A model generated the notes under the pieces. That model saw only the letters and a list, made by a program, of their open reading frames with translations. It was not told where the DNA came from and made no database searches. Made by a program: the position numbers and the translations under genes. Positions 20,322-30,041 of a stretch of DNA of 64,000 nucleotides are shown piece after piece. The DNA is taken from NCBI GenBank assembly GCA_963810935.1, contig CAWEPK010000007.1, positions 1 through 64,000 on the forward strand. Direction: 5' to 3'. The stretch is from an uncultured delta proteobacterium. Lineage in GTDB: Bacteria > Desulfobacterota > Syntrophorhabdia > Syntrophorhabdales > WCHB1-27. Position 1 is the first letter of the stretch; every line of letters starts with the position of its first letter.

Positions 20322-20610
20322 GAAGCGCGAGGGCCGGGGTGGGCCGGGATCTTTTCGCGGCCTTCACGTCGCTTCCTCGGGCGCGAGTCCTCACATACAC
20401 AAAACGTATGCTCCGGCTCGCTTCGTCGGAAGCAACGTGAATTCCATCGAAAATCTCTCCGGCCCACCCCGGCCCTTTTGTGGACCTCATAGACCAATCA
20501 CGATTCATTTCTCCGCCGGAATGACGGGGAGAAATTAAGCCGTTGTAAAGGTACGACCCCGATGTCAATAGCGGCCGCGAAAGGCTCCCGCCCCACCTCG
20601 GCCCCTCTCA

Positions 20611-22503
20611 TCACCAGCCTACCGCGCTGCCGTCTTTACGATGGTCTGATCCTGCCCTATAAAAGCCGTTCACCGGCTTATCGCCCTTTTTGTCCGGCGT
20701 GGGCTCGCCCTCGTATGGCGTAAACATGATCGCCTGGTAGCCGCCTACCTTGCTGCCGTTCGCCGGTGCTACGTTGTGGCCCATCTCGGCCAGGGCATCC
20801 CCCATCGTGCCTCCGCCCGCAACCGGCATATTGTAAAGCTGCGATTCAAGGAACAACTGGTTCGAGACCTCGTTGTGATAGAAGCGGGCCATGTCCGTTG
20901 CCGCCTGTAAGTTCGCGCCGAGGTCGAGGACGTTCACCAGTACCTGCTCGTGCCCCTGCGGCTGCATGTCGCCGCCCATTACGCCTACCGTCATGAGCGG
21001 CCTGCCGTCCTTCATGACGAAACCCGCTGAGATCGTGTTGTACGGGCGTTTGTGCGGCGCGATGGCGTTCGGGTGGTTCGGGTCGAGGGTAAACTGCGCG
21101 GCCCGGCTGTTCAGGACAAAGCCGTATCCAGGCACGGTCACGCCTGTGCCGAAGGCCGTGAAGTTGCTGTTGACCCACGATACCATGTTGCCCCAGCGGT
21201 CCGCTGTCGTGAGATAGATAGTGTCCGCGTCCCTGGTCAGCTTGACCGCAGGCGCAGGCGTTATGGCGGGGCCGTTCAGTCGCACCTTGCCGCAGAGCGT
21301 CGCCGCGTATTCCTTCGATATGAGCTTACGGAAAAGCTGCTGCTGTTTTTCGTCCCAGCCCCTTGGGTCGGAGTTGTATTTATAGAGGTCGATGTAGGCG
21401 AGCTTCTTGGCCTCGACGAGGAGGTGCCAGTACCTCGGGTCTTGCGGCCCCATGTCGGCAAGCGTGCGCCCTCCCGCCCACACGGGTACGCAGACCTCCA
21501 GTATGTTGAGTATCTCCAGCGTGTTCCATGCCTGGGACGGCGCCATCGTCTCGTAGACGTCGTAGCCGTGGTAATTGGTCGCGGGCGGCGTGACCCATTC
21601 GCCGTAATATTGCGCAAGGTCTTCCATAGTCATCGTGCCGCCGAGCGCGGCAGATTTGGCAACGATGGCATGCGCGATCTCCCCCTTGTAGAATACCTCC
21701 CGGCCGTGCTGCTGTAGGAGGCGGAAGGTGCGGGCAAGGTCGCGGTTGCGGAAAACGTCGCCCGGCTTCGGCGGTTTTCCATCGACGTACCATGTTTTGA
21801 CGGAATCGGGGTCCAGTGCCGTGCAGCCGCCCTTCGCGCTGCAATTGACCGCGTTGGGCAGCCGCCACGCGTCGCCGATCACTTCCGATATCGGGAAGCC
21901 GTTCTCCGCGTAATCGATGGCGGGCTGGAGCACTTCCTTGAAGGTCATAGTGCCGAATTTCCGCAAGGCCTCTTCCCAGCCCCAGACCGCGCTCGGGACG
22001 GGTGCGGCCAGTATGCCGTAAACGGGCATGCCGGAGCCGTATCCCCAGTTTTTCGGGTCGTAGGAATAGCCGAGGCTGTTGTAGCGCGCGATGGTCGCGC
22101 CCGTCGGGGCCATGCCGCTTGCGTTGAGCTGGTAGAGCTTCTTGTCCTTAGCGATATAGAAGATGGCGAACAGATCGCCCCCCACGCCGACGCTCATAGG
22201 CTCCACAAGGTTAAGGACGGCAGCAGCCGCGACAGCAGCGTCGATGGCATTCCCGCCCGCCATAAGGATGCGCAACCCCGCCTGCGCAGCAAGCGGCTGG
22301 CTGGTAGCGACGATCCCATTACGCGCCATAACCTCCGACCGCCCCTGCCCAAGCCACCCAGAAGGCCGATCACCCCGCGCAGCCTTGCAAGCGGGCAACT
22401 TGGCATCATCGGCACAAGACTTGACCGGCGAATCGGCGAGGCAGGTAAGAGGGACGAACATGATCAGGGCGATTAAGATGATCGACCAGATTTCGTGATT
22501 CAT
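20611..22503 (-). CDS. ggt: Gamma-glutamyltransferase family protein (exported)
   Basis: Signal peptide; GGNAIDAAVAAAAVL; AENGFP; DTIYLTTADRWGN (nucleophile Thr); KRPYNT; GVMGG..QPQG; SDHRKDG. Confidence 0.88.
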   Translation of the reverse strand: MNHEIWSIILIALIMFVPLTCLADSPVKSCADDAKLPACKAARGDRPSGWLGQGRSEVMARNGIVATSQPLAAQAGLRILMAGGNAIDAAVAAAAVLNLVEPMSVGVGGDLFAIFYIAKDKKLYQLNASGMAPTGATIARYNSLGYSYDPKNWGYGSGMPVYGILAAPVPSAVWGWEEALRKFGTMTFKEVLQPAIDYAENGFPISEVIGDAWRLPNAVNCSAKGGCTALDPDSVKTWYVDGKPPKPGDVFRNRDLARTFRLLQQHGREVFYKGEIAHAIVAKSAALGGTMTMEDLAQYYGEWVTPPATNYHGYDVYETMAPSQAWNTLEILNILEVCVPVWAGGRTLADMGPQDPRYWHLLVEAKKLAYIDLYKYNSDPRGWDEKQQQLFRKLISKEYAATLCGKVRLNGPAITPAPAVKLTRDADTIYLTTADRWGNMVSWVNSNFTAFGTGVTVPGYGFVLNSRAAQFTLDPNHPNAIAPHKRPYNTISAGFVMKDGRPLMTVGVMGGDMQPQGHEQVLVNVLDLGANLQAATDMARFYHNEVSNQLFLESQLYNMPVAGGGTMGDALAEMGHNVAPANGSKVGGYQAIMFTPYEGEPTPDKKGDKPVNGFYRAGSDHRKDGSAVGW

Positions 22504-22539
22504 ATTGACTCTCCTGTGGAGACGGGGCCGGTTAGCAGC

Positions 22540-22914
22540 CTATTTCATCGCCGGAGTCACTGACGGCAATGAGGTACTCAAAATAAGCTGAAAGGCCTGT
22601 TCTTTGGAAAAACCTTGTTTTATAAGGGCCTTGTAAAGATTCCTCTTGAAGACTGCCAACCTATGCGCTGTTTCTGGTTTTTCCGCTTCCATCAATAGAG
22701 TCTCAACCATTACCTCAGTCATTCGCCCCATCATTGGGACCATCGCCCCAAACGTGGCGTCCATGATTTGCTTCATTTCTTCAGGTGTTGGTTTCTTTGC
22801 ATTTGCCGCTTTGTCATCGGCGTCTGCGCCATAGGCGGCCGCCAAAAAAACCACCATCAACAACACACATATACTAACGAGACAAACGGGTCTTTTCATA
22901 ATATCCTCCACCAT
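22540..22914 (-). CDS. Hypothetical exported protein
   Basis: Signal-peptide-like N-terminus; AT-richer codon use; co-oriented with ggt. Confidence 0.6.
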   Translation of the reverse strand: MVEDIMKRPVCLVSICVLLMVVFLAAAYGADADDKAANAKKPTPEEMKQIMDATFGAMVPMMGRMTEVMVETLLMEAEKPETAHRLAVFKRNLYKALIKQGFSKEQAFQLILSTSLPSVTPAMK

Positions 22915-23202
22915 TCTTGACTTAAATGTATGCCGCTAACTCTTTTTTATACTCATTGTGTATTTTCTCAGATTTTACGCTTCCGACAAGCAGAAAATCA
23001 ACGACAAAGGTTCAAAAATACCGGTTTTTGGAAGGTCCACAATGAGTACCGAATTCTTTCGGCCCTAAATAGAGTGCACGCAACGCGGAATGGATACCCA
23101 GTACGCACCCCGGCCCGCCCCGGCCCCGCTCATTTCGCTTGACACGCTTTTCCGCATCGTATAGTCCCCGACTATTGGAGATAACCGGGAAGGGGCGCTA
23201 GC

Positions 23203-23395
23203 ATGTGCTATTACCCGAGACTGCCGAAATTCGAGTATCTGTCGCCGACTAGTATCGCAGAGGCGTGCGCGTATCTTGAACGGTACAAGGGCGAGACTAA
23301 GATCATGGCCGGCGGGACTATCGTGCTTCACCGTATGAAAGAGCGGATCGGGGTGCGTCCTTATGTGATGGGCGTGAAGCGGATATCCGCCCCGA
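23203..23395 (+). pseudogene. 5' fragment of a xanthine-dehydrogenase-family FAD-binding (CoxM-like) subunit
   Basis: FEYLSPTSIAEAC..L....TKIMAGGT is the typical CoxM/XdhB N-terminus. Only ~60 codons precede the convergent gene. Confidence 0.7.
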
Positions 23396-23398
23396 TCC

Positions 23399-24521
23399 CT
23401 AAATCCGCAGGATCAGGCGCGCATTCTTACTGAAAATGCGGTGCCTTATCTGCCGGTGACGATCTCGTCTCAGCCACACTCGCTATTGCGTCGCGGGTAA
23501 AGGATAGCCCGCCGGTTGCGTCCATGGGCGCATCCGAGCCGAAGAGCACGTGTTCAGGTCCGAAGAAGCGCACTGCCGCCTCGATAAGCGCAGGCTCTCG
23601 CCCCTGCGTCGCCGTGTCGCAGTAGAACTTGCGGAAGTGGTCGATGTACGGCCGGGAGATAGCCGTCTCCTGCTTTACGCCCGTGCTTTGCTCGAAATAA
23701 TCCCATCCGTACTGCATGCGCTGGGCGAAGCTGGGCACGAGCGCGCCGTGGTGGTGCACGATGAGCTTGAGGCCCGGATAGCGGTCGTAGACCCCGGAGA
23801 AGACAATGCGCACCATTGCGACCGAGCTGTCCATCAGCCATGAGAGCGTCTGCCACACCTGGAATTTGGAGACACGCTCGTCAACGTAATCGGCGTATTC
23901 GGGGGGACGGGAAGGGTGCAGCCAGACCGGCACGTCGAGGCGGCTTGCCGCAGCCCAGAGCTGCTCGTAATCGGGATGGTCCGGCCGCTTGAGCGTCGGC
24001 CCGACGGCGATGACCGCGCCCACGAGGCCGAGGCGCTTCACTGCGTATTCAAGCTCGGCGAGCATAATTTCCGCGTTCGTCGCGGGCAGGAGGGCTACGG
24101 CGGAGAACCGCAACCGGTTTGCAGCCGCTATCTTCGCGAGGTCTTCGTTCATCGTCCTCGCTGCTGTAGCGCATTTCCGCGCGTCGCTGAAGACTGCGGG
24201 CGATGTCTCGATCCAGGGCAGCGGCACGAGGACGGAGCGCGATATGCCGCATGCGTCCATCATAGCCAGCCGCTTATCTACGTCGATGAGGGTGGGCGTG
24301 TTGGAGAAGAGCTTCCTGAAGATGTGCGGGCCGCCTCCGCCTGCCTTTTCCAGGTAGTCGATGACGCGCATACTCGAAAAATGACAGTAGGAATCGATGA
24401 TGCCGCCGGCCGGCGCAGCCTTCGACGCACCTGCGTCCTTCGGCGCAGCGGCCGCTTCCTTACCTGCGGCAAGCGCGCCCATCGCAATCATCATACCTTG
24501 TAGAAATTTTCGCCTGTCCAT
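23399..24521 (-). CDS. Tat-signal amidohydrolase_2 family protein, with an apparent +1 indel near the C-terminus
   Basis: MDRRKFL twin-arginine motif; VWLHP, HHHG, LFGSDAP. Removing one base at ~23441 restores ...DKARIFSKNARLILRI* ending at 23399. Confidence 0.85.
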
Positions 24522-24537
24522 ATTATCCGGTTCCTTA

Positions 24538-25842
24538 TTACGGCGCTTTCCTGCCGCCGTGCTTGCGCAGGACGTCCGCTACGTCATAGTGGTTTGCGAG
24601 CAGGGCCTCGAACAGGGGCGTTGCGCCGGCCCCCCGGCTCTTTATGTTGACTGCTGCCTTGTTTGCAATGAGCAGCTCGACTATGCCCTTGTTGCCCTGC
24701 CGCGCGGCGTTGTGAAGGGGCGTCTCGCCGAGTGCGTCTTTGGCGTTCACATCGGCCTTATTCGCGACGAGCACCTGTGCAACTTCCTTGCAGCCGTGGG
24801 CCGCGGCCGCGTGCAGGGGCGTCTCTCCGGAGCGGTCCTTTGCATTGGCGTCGGCTTTATTCGCGACGAGCAGCTCCGCAATCTCTTTACGGCCTGCCGC
24901 CGCGGCAAGGTGAAGGGGCGTCTTGCCGAGGTCGTCTTTCGCGTTTACGTCGGCCTTGTTCGCGATGAGCAGCCGTGCTACGTCGATGTGACCGTTTGAT
25001 GCAGCGAAGTGAAGCGGCCTCCATCCGACGACGCCCGGTGCGTTGACGTCGGCTTTATTCGCAAGAAGAAATTCGACCATCTCCCTGTCGCCCTGCCTTG
25101 CCGCATCGTGGAGGGGCGCGACTCCGCCGTTCGTCCTCGCGTTCACGTCGGCGCGGGCCGCAATCAGGAGCTCGGCCACGTCCCTGTAGCCCCGGGACAC
25201 CGCATAGTGCAGGGGGGTGACGCCGTTTTTGTCTTTGGGTCCGGCGTCGGCTTTCGCCGCGAGGAGGAGCCTGACGATCTCTTTCTGGCCGTTCAGTGCA
25301 GCATAGTGCAGGGGCGTAGCGCCTGTATCATCTTTGGCGTTGACGTCTGCTTTTTTCTCGAGGAGAAGCTCCGTGACTTCCTTGCGGCCGTTGCCGCAGG
25401 CTACGTGCAGGGGCGTCAGGCTGCCTTTGCCCTTTGCATTGATATCTGCCCTGCGCGCGATAAGGAACGCCGCGGCCGTCTTGCTGCCGCCGGCTGCCGC
25501 ATGGTGCAGGGGCGTCAACCCCTCTTTATCTTTATCGGAAACAAGCTCCGGGCTCCGCTTGACGAGGGACTGCATCTTCTGGACGTCGCCTTTCTGCGCA
25601 GCGTCATGGATTTCGCCGCAGAATGCGGGGCTCCACAGGGCCGGGCCGGCGAGCGTGGCGACAGCAAAGAGCACGGCTGCAAGCATTCGTAAAACCGGCC
25701 GAAGATGACCCGGCTGCAAGCGGCTGCGCGCCCTGAAAAAACTTACTACTCTGCTCACGACTCCTCGTTTGCTTGTTTGCTGCGGGGAAGGCCAGGGGCG
25801 TCCGCGTTCGTGAGCCGGCGCGCCTTCAGATGTCCTGCCCAT
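24538..25842 (-). CDS. Secreted ankyrin-repeat protein (~11 repeats)
   Basis: Repeated TPLHxAA..ADVNAKD units. Signal peptide before AFCGEIHDAA; real start may be 25686. Confidence 0.9.
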   Translation of the reverse strand: MGRTSEGAPAHERGRPWPSPQQTSKRGVVSRVVSFFRARSRLQPGHLRPVLRMLAAVLFAVATLAGPALWSPAFCGEIHDAAQKGDVQKMQSLVKRSPELVSDKDKEGLTPLHHAAAGGSKTAAAFLIARRADINAKGKGSLTPLHVACGNGRKEVTELLLEKKADVNAKDDTGATPLHYAALNGQKEIVRLLLAAKADAGPKDKNGVTPLHYAVSRGYRDVAELLIAARADVNARTNGGVAPLHDAARQGDREMVEFLLANKADVNAPGVVGWRPLHFAASNGHIDVARLLIANKADVNAKDDLGKTPLHLAAAAGRKEIAELLVANKADANAKDRSGETPLHAAAAHGCKEVAQVLVANKADVNAKDALGETPLHNAARQGNKGIVELLIANKAAVNIKSRGAGATPLFEALLANHYDVADVLRKHGGRKAP

Positions 25843-26059
25843 CGGTCACATATGATATACCACAGATGGGCGGACGAATGCGCGCTTTCCGCGTCTTTGA
25901 CCCTTCACGGCCGCGCGTGACGATGCGCATGCCGCCGCCGTACACCGATGTGTACAAAATTAACTTGACTCCGTAGGGCAACCTGTTTTACGATGCAGTT
26001 GATTTTCAAACATTATGCGTCTTTCGGGTGGAGATAGGAGAAGGGGCCTGCCTCGGGAT

Positions 26060-26476
26060 ATGAAAAGTCTGCCGCTGTTCTCATTGATGGTTGCCGTCTG
26101 CTTTTTCATGCCGGTCGCGGCCAATACCGGGACGTCGGCCCCCGGTGCGGCCGGCGATCCGGGCGCCTGCCTTTCCGGCGAAAACGCGCTCGCCACGGCC
26201 CCGCCGTGCTTTGCATGGGCCGTCCCCGTACTCCGGTCCCAGGCCGGGGTAGGGCCTCAGGCTCCGGGGCTCGACATAAAGCGTATCAGCGTGGAAAGCG
26301 ATGACGTCAGCAGACACGCCGAGCTTATCCTTTACCCGCTTAAGCCTGCGGACGATACCTTCGTGCCTTTGACCGCCAAAGAGCCTGCCTCCGCCGTCCC
26401 TCCCTTCCGCGTGAGCGTGGCCCTCGCAACGGGCCTCATCGGACTTGCAACGATAAGAAGACGGCTGGTTAGATAG
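26060..26476 (+). CDS. Small exported protein with a PEP-CTERM/VPLPA-like C-terminal anchor
   Basis: Signal peptide; C-terminus SAVPPFRVSVALATGLIGLATIRRR (VP motif, TM helix, basic tail). Confidence 0.55.
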   Translation: MKSLPLFSLMVAVCFFMPVAANTGTSAPGAAGDPGACLSGENALATAPPCFAWAVPVLRSQAGVGPQAPGLDIKRISVESDDVSRHAELILYPLKPADDTFVPLTAKEPASAVPPFRVSVALATGLIGLATIRRRLVR

Positions 26477-26724
26477 AGTACGCAAGCATCGCGTCTTAAG
26501 GTGGAACCCGGTGCTGTGCGACCGATGAACCCGATAACGATCCATCGCGGAAATTAGATCAATAAAGAAATCAAGAAAGGGGCCTGAGTGGGCCGGAGGA
26601 AATTTTGATGGATTTCGCGTTGCTTTTCGAAGGCGCGAGCCGGAGCATACGGTTTGTGTATGTGAGGACTCGGGCCGAGAAAACGACGCGAAGGCCGCAA
26701 AATTGACCCGGCTCACTCAGGCCC

Positions 26725-27060
26725 CTATGGTGCTAACTGTACCTGCTCGCCGAACTGCTCAAGCAATGCTTTCACCAGGTCCTCCATGGCAGCCTCGTCG
26801 GCGCACTCCACCATCAGCTCGCCCTGCTCTCCAACGACGAGCCGGCCGTGCCGGCCTACGACCTCGGACACCTCGGTAGGCTCGACAGTCCACCACCCGC
26901 GCGTCCGCCTCAGAAGCTCGTCGCCTTTCAGCGGCTGGGGAGTGACGAGGTCGATTGTCCTGAAAAACGCCTCCCAGCCGACCTGGGCAGGCGCGCGCAG
27001 GACCGGGCTGACCGGGTCGTGGTAGATGCGGCATCGCCCGAAAAGCCTAAGCCTTATCAT
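26725..27060 (-). CDS. Hypothetical protein
   Basis: Host-like codon use; start overlaps the stop of the upstream ORF (ATGA). Confidence 0.7.
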   Translation of the reverse strand: MIRLRLFGRCRIYHDPVSPVLRAPAQVGWEAFFRTIDLVTPQPLKGDELLRRTRGWWTVEPTEVSEVVGRHGRLVVGEQGELMVECADEAAMEDLVKALLEQFGEQVQLAP

Positions 27061-27407
27061 CTTTCCTGTCCTTTATGGGGGTCCTTTTCTCCCATTATCC
27101 GCACCACCGCCGGGTTGTCGGGCAGCGTCCCGGCGGGTACGGCCACGCCGCGGGAGACAAGCACCTGCGCAAGGCAGTGCAGGTAAAGGTCGCATACATC
27201 CTTCTCGCCCAGGCAGGCGCCCGTTTGCATCGCCTTCGAGAACCCCTGCTCGAAGAGGCGGAGCGCGGACTTCCTCCACAGGGCAAGCCTCTTGTCGAAG
27301 CGATGCACGCCGGCCCCTACGAGCAGCTTTGCCTGTTTGGCGTCGATTGCGGCGAATATGCGCCTCATCCGCTGCACGGACGGGTCGCTGCCCCATTCAT
27401 CTTCCAT
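27057..27407 (-). CDS. Hypothetical protein
   Basis: Host-like codon use; translationally coupled to the next ORF. Confidence 0.65.
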   Translation of the reverse strand: MEDEWGSDPSVQRMRRIFAAIDAKQAKLLVGAGVHRFDKRLALWRKSALRLFEQGFSKAMQTGACLGEKDVCDLYLHCLAQVLVSRGVAVPAGTLPDNPAVVRIMGEKDPHKGQER

Positions 27408-27613
27408 AATCGCCTGCCCTGCGCGTAGTCATTCTTTTTCCCTATTCCTTATTGTAGCCGAAAACGGGCGGCCTGTGAAGGGGTGTGCATGGTCGCGCGG
27501 CCGCCGAATCTTTTTTCCTTATAGAAGGGAGTCTGATAGACTATATCGGCGGGTGAGGCCGGGCAGTCTTTACGGCCCCCCGTCCTTCGGAATAATCATA
27601 AGGAGTGTGTGCA

Positions 27614-28433
27614 ATGCCGTTTGAAAAGGTGAATGGCCGCCCGTTGTACTATGAAGTCCACGGAGAAGAGGGGGGCGATACGATCGTGCTGCTCCATCAC
27701 GGCTTCGGGTGCGGCAAGATATGGGGCACGGTTTATCCGCAGCTTGTCGCAGCGGGCTTCAGGGTCGTCTTTTACGACCGGCGCGGCTTCGGGCGCTCCG
27801 AAGGCGGGGACGGCTTCACGGAATTTTACGAGAGCGACCGCTACAACCCGGAGAGCGTCGTCGAGGCTGAAAGCGGTTAAAGAGCTGCTCGGCATCGGCA
27901 GGTGCCACATAGTCGGTCAGTGCGAGGGCGGAGTAGTCGGGACGTATTACGCTGCTGCATACCCCGACGAGGTGATAACGCTGGTCGCTGCGAGCACGCA
28001 ATGCTACAGCGAGGTCCCGATGACGCAGCTCAACGCCGAGAGGCTCGTCCACAACTTCACGCTCCTCGAGCCGCCGTTGCAGGCGAAGATGATCGGCTGG
28101 CACGGAAAGGACGCGCAGGTCCGGTATGACCAGTTCGCCCTGCGGGGCGGCGCATACGGGTGCGGCATGTTCGACCTGCGGCCCATGCTGGCGCGCGTCG
28201 AATGCCCGGCCCTCGTGCTTTATCCGGACCGCAGCTCCATCTTCTACGTCGAGCAGTCGGTTGCCTTTTACCGGAGCCTGCGCAAAGGCGAGCTTGCCGT
28301 TTTCCCGAAGTGCGGCCACAATACCTACGAGCAGCGCCCGGACGATTACGCCCGCACTCTCCTCGATTTCATCGCGAGGTGCGCGGGGAGGGAAGACAGG
28401 AAAGCGGCGCCCGCCATGACGTGCCTGGCGTAA
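27614..28433 (+). CDS. Alpha/beta hydrolase with Cys at the nucleophile elbow; apparent +1 indel at ~27866
   Basis: LLHHGFG, YDRRGFGRS, HIVGQCEGG, CGHN. The two frames join on deleting one base. Confidence 0.85.
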
Positions 28434-28456
28434 CGGACATCGGAGGTCTGAGCGGC

Positions 28457-29434
28457 TTACATACCGTCAAAAAGCAGGTTGAGGGAAAGGCCGCAGAGGA
28501 AGGCGGTGTTGTAGGATACCTGGTCGATCTCGTGGCCTTGGCTGTCCTCCAGCCGCAGCTTTCCACCGAAGCTTTCGCCCGCGTAGAGGTCGGCGCGCAG
28601 GTGGCTACCGATCTTGCGCGACAGGCGTGCAAAGAAGGGCCATGCGTTCGTCTGGCCGATCCCGTTCGGGACGGGGCCGTTGCTCTCCAGCCTGAAGCGG
28701 TATGTACGGTATCCTCCGCTGATGGCCGTCTCCCATATGCGCTCGCTGTCGAAAGTGTACGCAAGCTCCAGCCCGGCCGGGCCCGACGGCCCGGTCCTGA
28801 AGCTGTTGCCCAGCCGCAGCCGGTCCGTGATCTTCCACGAGAAGATTAAGGCCGGGAAGAAGCTCGTCTCCTCCAGCCTGTAGAAAACGCCCGCCCCGAA
28901 GCCGATCATGAAGGTGCTGCTCGGCCTGTACATAGCCCCTCCGACCCCTCCGTAAATGAGCGAGCGCCCGAAATCGGCCCCCTCTTCGCCCGAGAACTGG
29001 CCGACAGGCGCGGCGAAGATGGACCACTCGGGATTTAGACGGTAGCTGATTCTTGTGGTGACGCCCACTCTGTCTATCTTGTTCCAGGGGTCGGGGACAG
29101 GCAAGCCCGAAAGCTTCGAGAAGTTATAGTCGTCGAACTCGTAGGTGAGCCCGAACCCGACGCTCACGTCGTCGTTGATGGGCACGGCCGTGCGGGCCGC
29201 CAGCGAGTAACGCGAGACCGTGACGGTGCCGCCTCCCTGCACGTGCGTGTCAGGCTGGTAGAGGGAGGATGCGTTGACGAGGACTTTCGGGTTCTGGCCG
29301 GGCTCTAAGTACCCCCACATTTGCGCCGAGGCGGACGGCGCGTGCGCGGCAAACAGCAGAAGCAGCAAGCAGATGCCGGCGAGCAGCCGGCACAGAAACG
29401 ACCGTGTGGAACGACTCAGCGCTTCTCTTCTCAC
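28457..29434 (-). CDS. Outer-membrane beta-barrel protein (DUF6268-like)
   Basis: Signal peptide; alternating aromatic/Gly beta-strand pattern; FPALIFSWKITD. Confidence 0.7.
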   Translation of the reverse strand: MRREALSRSTRSFLCRLLAGICLLLLLFAAHAPSASAQMWGYLEPGQNPKVLVNASSLYQPDTHVQGGGTVTVSRYSLAARTAVPINDDVSVGFGLTYEFDDYNFSKLSGLPVPDPWNKIDRVGVTTRISYRLNPEWSIFAAPVGQFSGEEGADFGRSLIYGGVGGAMYRPSSTFMIGFGAGVFYRLEETSFFPALIFSWKITDRLRLGNSFRTGPSGPAGLELAYTFDSERIWETAISGGYRTYRFRLESNGPVPNGIGQTNAWPFFARLSRKIGSHLRADLYAGESFGGKLRLEDSQGHEIDQVSYNTAFLCGLSLNLLFDGM

Positions 29435-29676
29435 GCAAGCCCCCCTGAATTCCCTGAATTATGGTTTGGCCGCGCCCAGTTCTGCGCCTTGGTTCAATTT
29501 TATCACATTGACGGAGGGGGTGTATAGGGATAGGCGGGGCCTTGGACCTTTTTGCGCCTTTTCCGCTCTTTTCCCCGGTGCCGCGGAAAGGCGCAAAAAA
29601 CGAGGGAATTCGGATCGCTCGATTTCCATTGACATATGGTGTCGGCAGTGGTCATATATAAACGGGGATCGGGTAA

Positions 29677-29964
29677 ATGGGGAAACAAGCAGAAAGTTTT
29701 CCGCTTCTGAAGACAAGAACGTTCAGGTGCCTTAAGTGCGATTATCTGCTTCTTGAGCGGGAACTAATCGTAGATCATGAAAGTTATGCCGGCTGGGAAG
29801 TATTGCCCGACTGGCAGATCGACACGGACGGCGACATCGTTCAAACCTGTCCGCGTTGTTCGGCGAAGAACGTCTGGGCCAGCCACAGGACCAGGAGCGG
29901 AATGCTGCGGTTAATGATCTCCCATGTCAAGAACGACGACAGTCAGCTCTCCAAAAAGTTCTAA
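29677..29964 (+). CDS. Small zinc-ribbon-like hypothetical protein
   Basis: CLKC...CPRC cysteine pairs; TTGACA at ~29629 upstream. Confidence 0.6.
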   Translation: MGKQAESFPLLKTRTFRCLKCDYLLLERELIVDHESYAGWEVLPDWQIDTDGDIVQTCPRCSAKNVWASHRTRSGMLRLMISHVKNDDSQLSKKF

Positions 29965-30041
29965 CGTTCAGGCCTCGCGTTATCAACCGCTATAGATCGA
30001 TAAAATCTGCAACTTGGCTTGCTTCCGTTCGGGGGGGCCGG

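Noticed and set aside
25960..26050. c-di-GMP riboswitch upstream of the CTERM protein
   Set aside because: Only a GGGCAACC-like word; the GNRA/receptor and second stem could not be built.
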